Source: Candidatus Jorgensenbacteria bacterium
Lineage (GTDB): Bacteria; Patescibacteriota; Minisyncoccia; UBA6257; GWB1-50-10
DNA: 34,424 nt
Reading direction: 5' to 3'
NCBI GenBank assembly: GCA_016234345.1
Contig: JACRFG010000034.1
Location: 1-34,424 of the forward strand
Below are positions 1 to 7,361 of the stretch, piece after piece. The notes beneath the pieces are model-generated. The model did not search any database, had not been told where the DNA came from, and worked only from the letters and a program-made list of their open reading frames with translations. Positions within the stretch are counted from its first letter, which is position 1. Each line of letters begins with the position of its first letter. The translations under genes were made by a program, and so were the position numbers.

Positions 1-2
1 CC

Positions 3-896
3 CAAAATTGCCGGTATTGCTTATGGCTTTTGGTAAAACCGGTAAAGGATTGCTGGGATTATACAGAGTTCGGGGACGGCGCAGAACGAGTGTATGAATG
101 CGCAACAGTTGGAAATGGAGCAACCAATGTGTCGTTTTCCATCTATGCTGGTAAGGCGTCCTTTAATATGGAATACGCAGCGTATTGTTTCGGCGTAAGT
201 CATGTTTTCGGTTGCGTAGGGCTCCGAAAAAAAGAGCATTGTATTCTAAACAAACAATATACGCCGCAAGCCTTTGAAGGATTACGCCAAAAGATAATCA
301 ATGGCATGCATGAAACCCCATATATAGATACAAAAGGCAGAGTTTATACGTACGGAGAGTTCTTCCCGGTAGAATTATCTCCGTTCGCTTATAACGAAAC
401 TTCTGCGCAGCAATTTTTCCCATTGGATAAGACTCAGGCAGACCAGTTTGGATTTCGTTGGACAGAATCAGAAGAAAAGAATTACAACATTGATGTGTTT
501 CCGGATGAATTGCCTGATGCGACTTCCGATACGACGGAAGAAATCACTAACAAGATAATAGGGTGCGAGCATAAAGGAACCTGTAAAGAGCAGTGCGCAA
601 CGGCATTCAAAATTACGCCTTCCGAGGTTATTTTTTACAAGAAATGCGGGCTTCCTCTTCCGCGACTTTGTCCGAACTGTCGTCACTATGAACGACTTCA
701 AGAACGTACTCCGCTTATTTTTATAAAACGCGTGTGCGCTTGTAACGGAGAGAAATCCAAAAATGGTGTATATACCAACTCAAGCGTTCACTTTCATGGC
801 GCCAGTAACTGTCCTAATGAATTCGAAACGTCCTATGCCACCGATCGCCTCGAAATAGTATACTGCGAACAATGCTATCAGGCCGAAGTGGCGTAA
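3..896 (+). CDS. Cys-rich hypothetical protein (3' part; starts before window), CPR-type multi-zinc-ribbon family
   Basis: Frame is open from base 3. Motifs CFGxxxxFGCVGLR, CILNKQY, YGEFFP, SPFAYNET, PLPRLCPNCRH and VYCEQCYQAEV resemble a paralog family common in Parcubacteria. Confidence 0.8.
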   Translation, partial: QNCRYCLWLLVKPVKDCWDYTEFGDGAERVYECATVGNGATNVSFSIYAGKASFNMEYAAYCFGVSHVFGCVGLRKKEHCILNKQYTPQAFEGLRQKIINGMHETPYIDTKGRVYTYGEFFPVELSPFAYNETSAQQFFPLDKTQADQFGFRWTESEEKNYNIDVFPDELPDATSDTTEEITNKIIGCEHKGTCKEQCATAFKITPSEVIFYKKCGLPLPRLCPNCRHYERLQERTPLIFIKRVCACNGEKSKNGVYTNSSVHFHGASNCPNEFETSYATDRLEIVYCEQCYQAEVA

Positions 897-1023
897 CCTA
901 AATTTAATCTTCAAACAGCAAAAACCTATGAATTCCTTATGATTCACTCCAAAACTAAAAAGACCAGTTTCTTAACCAATTCTTTGCTTTGTCTTAATTA
1001 GCACAATTGAAATTTGCTGTAAT

Positions 1024-1052
1024 TTGACAGTAAAAATCAGCGGAGTCATAAT
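1024..1052 (+). promoter_or_regulatory. sigma70-type promoter of 75-aa ORF
   Basis: TTGACA (1024-1029), 17 nt spacer, CATAAT (1047-1052). Confidence 0.65.
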
Positions 1053-1093
1053 TTTATCCTCAACTTTTACAAATAAACAATGAAAGAGTGTGA

Positions 1094-1321
1094 ATGGAAA
1101 AAACATTGACGTTCGGCAAACTCGCTGTTGGAGATAAATTCATTGGTTTACCGATCCCGGGCGACGACAAGGGGCACGGCGGACTGAAAGGCGTACATCT
1201 CATATTCATAAAAACAGAAGAGGCTGAAGCTGCTTTTGATTTAAAAGTTAATAGTGTGCAAGTATCTACCGGCATTCTTTCGCACATGCCAGACAATATG
1301 TCGGTTATCCACGTTAGATAA
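1094..1321 (+). CDS. hypothetical protein, 75 aa
   Basis: ORF bracketed by its own promoter and terminator; GDDKGHGG motif. Confidence 0.7.
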   Translation: MEKTLTFGKLAVGDKFIGLPIPGDDKGHGGLKGVHLIFIKTEEAEAAFDLKVNSVQVSTGILSHMPDNMSVIHVR

Positions 1322-1352
1322 CCAGTAAGAAATTGTATGGTTTTAACATTCG

Positions 1353-1383
1353 ACCTCCTGAAGAATTCAGGAGGTTTATTTTT
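1353..1383 (+). terminator. intrinsic terminator
   Basis: ACCTCCTGAA-gaa-TTCAGGAGGT followed by TTATTTTT. Confidence 0.8.
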
Positions 1384-1425
1384 AAGATTGAGAAGGAGGC
1401 AAAACTAATTTGGTATAATATACAT

Positions 1426-1830
1426 ATGGATCAAATTACTAATACGCCTTCAATCCCGGGCGAGACCTCTTTAAAATCCGCATGGTCGTGGGGAGCTTTT
1501 ATGTTCGATATACCATTTCTCATTGCAATTAAGAAATATGTCTGGCTTCTCTTTTATCTTCTGGCTTTTGTTCCAATCGTGAACGCCATATTTTTAATTA
1601 TCTTTAAAATAGTTATGGGAATGAAGGGCGCGGCGCTGGCTGCGCAGAGCCCTCAGTTTACAAACCAAGACGAATACAATGGTTTTATGAGAGCGCTAGA
1701 TCACGCAGGCAAAATTACATTCTTCGGCCTTATCGTTGTTTTTGTTTTGATTATCGGACTAGTACTTTTTGGATTCAAAACTTTCATCCCCTATCTACAA
1801 CCAAAAGTGCCTGGATTCATGACACAATAA
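1426..1830 (+). CDS. hypothetical membrane protein (WSWGAF motif)
   Basis: Hydrophobic segments. ATG 1426 lies 6 nt after extended -10 TGGTATAAT; the ORF-track start at 1333 would run through the upstream terminator. Confidence 0.75.
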   Translation: MDQITNTPSIPGETSLKSAWSWGAFMFDIPFLIAIKKYVWLLFYLLAFVPIVNAIFLIIFKIVMGMKGAALAAQSPQFTNQDEYNGFMRALDHAGKITFFGLIVVFVLIIGLVLFGFKTFIPYLQPKVPGFMTQ

Positions 1831-1860
1831 AACCGCATTGATTTTAAATTGAACTCACAC

Positions 1861-1897
1861 ATCAAAAACGCCGTTACTTGACGGCGCTTTGATTTTT
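1861..1897 (+). terminator. terminator-like hairpin overlapping the -35 (TTGACG) of the next cassette
   Basis: ATCAAAaaCGCCGT-tacttg-ACGGCGcTTTGAT followed by TTTT. Confidence 0.55.
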
Positions 1898-1949
1898 GTA
1901 GTATTTTATTAAACAGTCAAAGACTTTAACAAGAAAAAGGAGAGTAGTA

Positions 1950-2552
1950 ATGCAACGAATCAGAATGCGGGTTGTAGCTGTTGGTATTAAAGGTACCGAA
2001 TCAGTCCTTATTCTTCGAGAAGAAGGGGGTGAACGTTATTTACCCATCTTCATTGATCCGTTTACGGCTCAAGCAATCACGCGACATATGGGTGGAATTA
2101 AATCCAATCGTCCCCTTACGCACGACCTTATGAAAACCCTGATCGAATTCCTCGGATCACGTCTGGCTGAGGTCACAGTAACGAAAATAGAAAACGAAAC
2201 TTTCTATGCTGTGCTCTCTATCGAAGGCAGAGAAATCGACGCGAGACCAAGCGACGCGATAACGCTTGCCTTGAAATGCAACGTTCCCATATATGCGGCC
2301 AGAGAGGTAGTGGACGAAGGAAGCTGTACCCTCGATGAAATGAAATCTGGTTATCCCGCTACAGAGAGAAAGGGTGATCCCCAAGAGAAAACAAAACAGC
2401 CGCAACGCAAAACGGAGATTGTTCGAAAAACCAAGGAGCCCCAAAGCCTGGAAAGCCTTAAAAAACAGCTGGATAGCGCCATTAAACGAGAAGATTACGA
2501 AAAAGCCGCGGAACTGAGAGACGAAATAAAACAACTGGAGGATAAAGATTGA
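1950..2552 (+). CDS. bifunctional nuclease family (DUF151) protein with C-terminal UVR domain
   Basis: LPIFI, RPLTHDL and IDARPSDAI motifs; C-terminal AIKREDYEKAAELRDEIK UVR coiled coil; SD AAGGAG. Confidence 0.9.
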   Translation: MQRIRMRVVAVGIKGTESVLILREEGGERYLPIFIDPFTAQAITRHMGGIKSNRPLTHDLMKTLIEFLGSRLAEVTVTKIENETFYAVLSIEGREIDARPSDAITLALKCNVPIYAAREVVDEGSCTLDEMKSGYPATERKGDPQEKTKQPQRKTEIVRKTKEPQSLESLKKQLDSAIKREDYEKAAELRDEIKQLEDKD

Positions 2553-3067
2553 AAAAATCTCTAATACCCAAAAAGCTAATTCGCTGTAATTGCTGCGGCT
2601 ACGCATTTCACCTACCGCTTATAGAAAACGCAACTAGCCATGATTTATCGAAAATAAAAAGATTCTTGGGCACTTTCATGAATAGAGGCCTCACCCCTGA
2701 AGAATTGAAACATATAATTATTCTTAAAGGTGGAGATGATCCTGACAATCAAATCATACTAGGATGCCTTGTAGCTCTCCCTATATCAGAAAAAACAATG
2801 TATTTGAGCCGCATGAAAATAGGCAAGCCGTTTCGGAAAAATAAGTTGGCGAGTGAACTCCTTGCTCACGCGTTGCACGATGCCAAAGACCGAAAATTTT
2901 CTTTTGCATTCGCTGTAACGCTTTCGGAAAAGGCCGCCCGACTACTCCAAAAGTTTAATGCGGAAGAAATAAACCGTTACGATTTTTTCAAAGAAATACC
3001 TCAATCCATAGCACAGCGAAATTGTCCATGCAGTGAAAACCACCGCTACTGGCGTATCCGCATATAA
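2549..3067 (+). CDS. GNAT-fold protein, divergent, ArgA-like
   Basis: IENAT..DL..I, IILGC, YLSRMKIGKPFRKNKLASELL..AL..AK pattern; TTG start overlaps the upstream TGA. Confidence 0.6.
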   Translation: MKKSLIPKKLIRCNCCGYAFHLPLIENATSHDLSKIKRFLGTFMNRGLTPEELKHIIILKGGDDPDNQIILGCLVALPISEKTMYLSRMKIGKPFRKNKLASELLAHALHDAKDRKFSFAFAVTLSEKAARLLQKFNAEEINRYDFFKEIPQSIAQRNCPCSENHRYWRIRI

Positions 3068-3070
3068 TTC

Positions 3071-3094
3071 AGCCGAGTCTTTGACTCGGCTTTT
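3071..3094 (+). terminator. intrinsic terminator
   Basis: AGCCGAGTC-ttt-GACTCGGCT followed by TTT. Confidence 0.75.
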
Positions 3095-3125
3095 CATTTA
3101 AAATTTGGTGTGTTATTATAGTAAT

Positions 3126-3626
3126 ATCCATTACCGAGTCAACAGCCAAATAACCGCTAAGGAGCTTAGGGTTCTCGACGAAAAAGGGGATAATCTCGAC
3201 GTACTATCTAGAGAAGCGGCGTTGCGCTTAGCCGAAGAGCGTCACGTTGATCTTATTGAAATCGCTCCGAACGCAAACCCGCCTGTCGCGCGTCTCATGA
3301 GTTTCGACAAATTCCGTTACCTCAGAGAAAAAGCCGAAAAGAAACAGCGCCATCTTCAAAAAACCAAAGAGATGAAGCATGTCCGTATTTCACCTCGAGC
3401 CGCCCAGAACGATCTTCAAATTAAAGCGAGTAAAGCCGATGATTTTTTGAAAGAAGGACACGGAGTTGAAATCAGTCTTTTTCTCCGCGGACGAGAAAAA
3501 GGCAATCGCGATTGGAATCTTAAAAAACTTAACGAGTTTCTAACAATGGTCAAGGTTCCGCATCACGTAACGCTCACTCCGAAATTTGTAGGTAAGGGAT
3601 TTATAGTACAGATAGCTAAAAAGTGA
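3126..3626 (+). CDS. infC: translation initiation factor IF-3 (probable non-canonical ATC start)
   Basis: RVNSQI..ELRVLD, DLIEIAPNANPPVARLM, DLQIK..KA..FL and LRGRE motifs; upstream of rpmI-rplT; start position inferred. Confidence 0.95.
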   Translation: MHYRVNSQITAKELRVLDEKGDNLDVLSREAALRLAEERHVDLIEIAPNANPPVARLMSFDKFRYLREKAEKKQRHLQKTKEMKHVRISPRAAQNDLQIKASKADDFLKEGHGVEISLFLRGREKGNRDWNLKKLNEFLTMVKVPHHVTLTPKFVGKGFIVQIAKK

Positions 3627-3680
3627 CGGACGGTTGAAAAAAATATAGAGCAGGGTATAATAGGCTCTGCCTAAAAATCT

Positions 3681-3854
3681 ATGGCTAAAAACAGTATCGA
3701 TCATCGTATCAAAACAACCAGAACAGGCAAGGTGCTTCGCAGAGCTATGGCGCTCGGCCACTCCCGTGGCAACAAAAGCAGCGTACAAATGCAAAGAAAA
3801 AAACGATCAAGAAATCTGTCGCTTTCCCATCTTATTACAAAAAGAGGCTTATGA
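3681..3854 (+). CDS. rpmI: 50S ribosomal protein L35 (57 aa, not in ORF track)
   Basis: Translated by hand: MAKNSIDHRIKTTRTGKVLRRAMALGHSRGNKSSVQMQRKKRSRNLSLSHLITKRGL; between infC and rplT, with ATGA overlap to rplT. Confidence 0.9.
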   Translation: MAKNSIDHRIKTTRTGKVLRRAMALGHSRGNKSSVQMQRKKRSRNLSLSHLITKRGL

Positions 3855-4195
3855 GCCGAGTAAAAAGGGGCATAATCGCCCACAAAAAACGCGAGCGTTT
3901 GCTCCGATATACAAAAGGATTCAAATGGAGCAGAAAATCAAAAGAACGGGCCGCTAAAGAAGCGCTTCTTCATGCTTGGAGCCGAGCTTTCGAAGGACGC
4001 AAAGAAAAGAAACGCGTATATCGAACGTTATGGAATACGCAAATTAATGCTGCCGTGAGGGCCGAAGGGCTAACATACAGCGTCTTCATAAAAAAGCTCA
4101 AGACTAAAAAAATAGTCTTGGACAGAAAAATATTGGCTGATTTAGCCAAAAATGAACCGGCGGTTTTCAAAAAAATAGTGGCTCTGGTCAAATAA
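3851..4195 (+). CDS. rplT: 50S ribosomal protein L20
   Basis: MSRVKRG, RKEKKRVYRTLW..INAA and LDRKILADLA motifs. Confidence 0.97.
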   Translation: MSRVKRGIIAHKKRERLLRYTKGFKWSRKSKERAAKEALLHAWSRAFEGRKEKKRVYRTLWNTQINAAVRAEGLTYSVFIKKLKTKKIVLDRKILADLAKNEPAVFKKIVALVK

Positions 4196-4230
4196 AAATT
4201 CCAATCGCGTTGATTGGAATTTTTTTATTT
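4194..4230. terminator. bidirectional intrinsic terminator
   Basis: AAAAATTCCAATC-gcgtt-GATTGGAATTTTT between convergent genes. Confidence 0.85.
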
Positions 4231-4236
4231 TATAGA

Positions 4237-4539
4237 TTAAACTCGCCAACCGAAAACATGTAAGTCGATCTTTTTACCGATAACAATAATTCCTTCCTGT
4301 TTCAAAAATTCAATTTTCTTTTTAGCGCCTCTCGCGTAACCGCCAACGGTTCCATCCGATCGGATTACGCGGTGACACGGGACTTGTGGCGCGTACGGAT
4401 TGCATTTCAAGGCATGACCAACGGCACGGCTCGCTCGAGGCTTATGAATTGCTCGGGCCACGGCTTGATACGTCGAAACTTTACCTTTGGGAATATTCTT
4501 AACGACTCGGTACGCTTTTTTTGCGAATAATGTTGTCAT
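4237..4539 (-). CDS. ogt: methylated-DNA--protein-cysteine methyltransferase (MGMT, C-terminal domain only)
   Basis: IPKGKVSTY, RAVG and the PCHRV active site; likely start MTTLF at 4539. Confidence 0.85.
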   Translation of the reverse strand: MTTLFAKKAYRVVKNIPKGKVSTYQAVARAIHKPRASRAVGHALKCNPYAPQVPCHRVIRSDGTVGGYARGAKKKIEFLKQEGIIVIGKKIDLHVFGWRV

Positions 4540-4939
4540 AGGCTTTTTTAAGGTTCGACTTAAGATTAGGATACATGAGCATCCGCAAGGCATCTCTCAA
4601 TAAAAACCATCCGTATCCATGATGCTCGCTTGAAATCTTAATAATGGGATTATCAGTCTCCGCCAAATAGTACATTACTATTTTAAAAACTTTTTCTTTG
4701 TTTTTAGTAAACGTAAAGCGATCGTAAACCTTAAACCATTCTTTAAGTCTAAGCTCATTTGAGCTTAGGCCTGTTTCTTCCTTAACTTCCCGGAGTGCTG
4801 CTCGGAAACTTTTTTCACCCTGATCAAGTTTTCCTTTAGGGAAATTCCAATATCGACCTCCGTGATAAAGAAGTAAAAATTTAATACCTTCACTGGTTTT
4901 CCGGTAAATGATTATGCCGGCCGAAATTTCTTTAACCAT
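4499..4939 (-). CDS. NUDIX hydrolase, Ap4A hydrolase-like
   Basis: SAG.IIYR, WNFPKG, Nudix box GKLDQGEKSFRAALREVKEETGL, SSEH; start MVKEISAG. Confidence 0.85.
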   Translation of the reverse strand: MVKEISAGIIIYRKTSEGIKFLLLYHGGRYWNFPKGKLDQGEKSFRAALREVKEETGLSSNELRLKEWFKVYDRFTFTKNKEKVFKIVMYYLAETDNPIIKISSEHHGYGWFLLRDALRMLMYPNLKSNLKKAYDNIIRKKSVPSR

Positions 4940-4949
4940 AATAGATATT

Positions 4950-6719
4950 CTACCGTTTAAAGTATTGTAACATCTTCTCGAACGGCCAGGCATTCACAAT
5001 GTCCTCACGGGTAGCCCAGCCGCGGCGAGCCTGAGAGATACCATATTCAATATACGCAAGATGGCTTACCGAATGAGCATCGGAATCAATGGTCAATTTA
5101 ACGCCGGCATCAACGCATTTACGCACGTATTCGTCTTTCAAATCCAATCGATCCGGATAAGCATCTATTTCCAAAATAGTTCCTGTTTTTTTAGCTGACC
5201 GGATGATGTCGTCGATATCAATATCATATGCTTCTCTTTTCTTTATTATCCGGCCAGTCGGATGAAAAAGGATGTCTACGTGAGGATTTTCCATGGCTCG
5301 CTTGATTCGTTCGGTTTGTTCCTTTCGGGAAAGATTAAAATACGAATGCACAGAGACACCAACAACATCTAGCCTGGAAAGAACACTATCGGACAAATCC
5401 AACGATCCGTCTTTCAAAATATCACATTCGGTTCCTTTAAGGATTTTGAATTTTTTATTACCATTGGTCGATTTAAACTTTGAATTAACGGCGTCTATCT
5501 CTTTCCATTGATCCTTAATTCTTTCATCGTCTAACCCGTGAGTCATAGCAAGTCTTTTAGTGTGGTCGGTAATAGCAATGTACTCTAATCCCAAACCTCT
5601 GGCAGTCTTTGCCATCTCTTCGATGGAATTTGCGCCATCAGTCCAATTAGATTGAATCTGCAGATCACCGTATAAATCTCCGTAGCCGACAAGCTTAGGC
5701 AAATTTGATTTTTTATTTGCATCTTTTAGAATAGCTGCCTCGATTTCACCATTGTTTTCCCTAAGCTCAGGCTCAATATAAGCGAGGCCGAGCGCGTCAT
5801 ATAATTCTTCTTCTGTTTTACAGGCAATACGCATTTCTCTGTTCGATTTCTTTTTAAACAATCCGTATTCATTCAACTTCAATCTCCTCTTTATAGCCAT
5901 TTCTCTCAAGGCAACATTGTGTTCTTTAGAGCCGGTGAAATAATTTAATGCCGCACCATATGATTCTTGACCCACAACCCTCAAATCAACATCAAGTCCG
6001 TTATTAAGTTTAATTGCCGATTTTGTCTCACCATGCGCATAAACACGCGCCACTTCAGGCATCGCTACAAAAAAATCCATTACCGCATTCGGTTTTTTAG
6101 AAATAACCAGGATGTCTATATCGCCTATTGTTTCTTTGCGCCGCCGTACCGATCCGGCAACCACGATTTTATCCACCTCTTTCAAACCGCGTAACCTGGA
6201 TTCTATTTCACGAACGAGCGGCATAACAAACCCCAAAACGAACCGGCCGCTCGATTTCTTTACGAATTCAATGCCTTTCAAAATGTTTTCTTCTGATTTT
6301 TCGCCAAAACTTTCAACGGCTCTAATCTTATGGCTCAAGGCCGCTTTTTCTAAATCGGCGATATTTTTAACATTGAGGGCGCGGTATAACTTGGCAATGC
6401 TTTTAGCTCCTAGGCCTTCAATGCCACGAAAAGAATTGAGATCTACCGGCGTTTTTTTCTTAAGCTCTTTGTAGTATTTAAGACTGCCCGTACGCAAAAG
6501 CTCTTCAATCTTTTCAGCAATTGATACACCGACACCAGGAATTTCTCCAAGCGCTTTAGATCCTCCACGCTCATAAATTAAACCCGCTTCTTCATTCAAA
6601 TTCTCAATAACTTCGGCTACTTTTTCATAAGCGCGTGGCTTAAAAGGAACTGCCTGCATTTCTAAATAAGCGGCTATTTCATAAAACAATCTTGCGATAT
6701 CCCTATTTGTTATTTTCAT
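4950..6719 (-). CDS. polX: DNA polymerase X / PHP fusion
   Basis: HhH motifs, AGSVRRRKETIGDIDIL, DVDLRV, YFTGSKEHN; PHP domain TDH, GTE, HPTGR, SDAH. Confidence 0.95.
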   Translation of the reverse strand: MKITNRDIARLFYEIAAYLEMQAVPFKPRAYEKVAEVIENLNEEAGLIYERGGSKALGEIPGVGVSIAEKIEELLRTGSLKYYKELKKKTPVDLNSFRGIEGLGAKSIAKLYRALNVKNIADLEKAALSHKIRAVESFGEKSEENILKGIEFVKKSSGRFVLGFVMPLVREIESRLRGLKEVDKIVVAGSVRRRKETIGDIDILVISKKPNAVMDFFVAMPEVARVYAHGETKSAIKLNNGLDVDLRVVGQESYGAALNYFTGSKEHNVALREMAIKRRLKLNEYGLFKKKSNREMRIACKTEEELYDALGLAYIEPELRENNGEIEAAILKDANKKSNLPKLVGYGDLYGDLQIQSNWTDGANSIEEMAKTARGLGLEYIAITDHTKRLAMTHGLDDERIKDQWKEIDAVNSKFKSTNGNKKFKILKGTECDILKDGSLDLSDSVLSRLDVVGVSVHSYFNLSRKEQTERIKRAMENPHVDILFHPTGRIIKKREAYDIDIDDIIRSAKKTGTILEIDAYPDRLDLKDEYVRKCVDAGVKLTIDSDAHSVSHLAYIEYGISQARRGWATREDIVNAWPFEKMLQYFKR

Positions 6720-6731
6720 GAGTATCGCCTA

Positions 6732-7361
6732 TTAACGATGGGGGCGATGTTCAGGTAACGCATTGGCTTCACGACGTTTCGGAAAAATGTGGCGCCGCAA
6801 ACCAAGAAGCAATAACGAGGAAGTAGAAGCAATGGTGCCGGCGGCAATAAAAAGCGAATTGAAACCAAACCGATCAACAACGTAACCGCCAAGAGCGGCC
6901 GCAATAGCAGTTGCTAATCCAACCGAAAAAACACTCTGAAGACTCCACTCGAAACTCACGCGCCATTTATCAACGTGGCGCGTAAAAATAGCGTACCAAC
7001 TTGGCACCGCCCAAGCCATACAAACACCATAAAAAGCCTGAAGAACATAAAGATGCCACGGCTCGCTCACAAATAGATAACCGAAGGGCAGAAGACCACC
7101 CAATAAATACCCGAAGAAAAGAGCCCAGAAATCATCAAACTCACCATCGGTTTTATCCAAAAATCGCGCAACAGGCAACTGAACCAAAGATTTAACAATC
7201 CAAAAGACCGAGGTGGCAAAACCAGCCACGCTCGCGCTACCGTTATGAATCTGACCGGTAATGAATATAGCAAAAATAGGCGCAAATGAACCGAATGCCG
7301 AGTTTACGAAAAAATCGGTCATGACCAAAACTTTTACAACTTTATTGATGTGTTTAAACAT
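6732..7361 (-). CDS. half-size MFS-type membrane transporter (about 6 TM)
   Basis: 209 aa, hydrophobic; motif-A-like ARFLDKTDG and GGYVVDRFG. Confidence 0.75.
   Translation of the reverse strand: MFKHINKVVKVLVMTDFFVNSAFGSFAPIFAIFITGQIHNGSASVAGFATSVFWIVKSLVQLPVARFLDKTDGEFDDFWALFFGYLLGGLLPFGYLFVSEPWHLYVLQAFYGVCMAWAVPSWYAIFTRHVDKWRVSFEWSLQSVFSVGLATAIAAALGGYVVDRFGFNSLFIAAGTIASTSSLLLLGLRRHIFPKRREANALPEHRPHR

Noticed and set aside
914-1020. ACAGCAAA/TTTGCTGT inverted repeat about 100 nt apart
   Set aside because: Short, in AT-rich DNA, with no supporting internal structure.
3766-3957. 63-aa ORF-track ORF between infC and rplT
   Set aside because: Wrong frame; the real gene is rpmI at 3681-3854.
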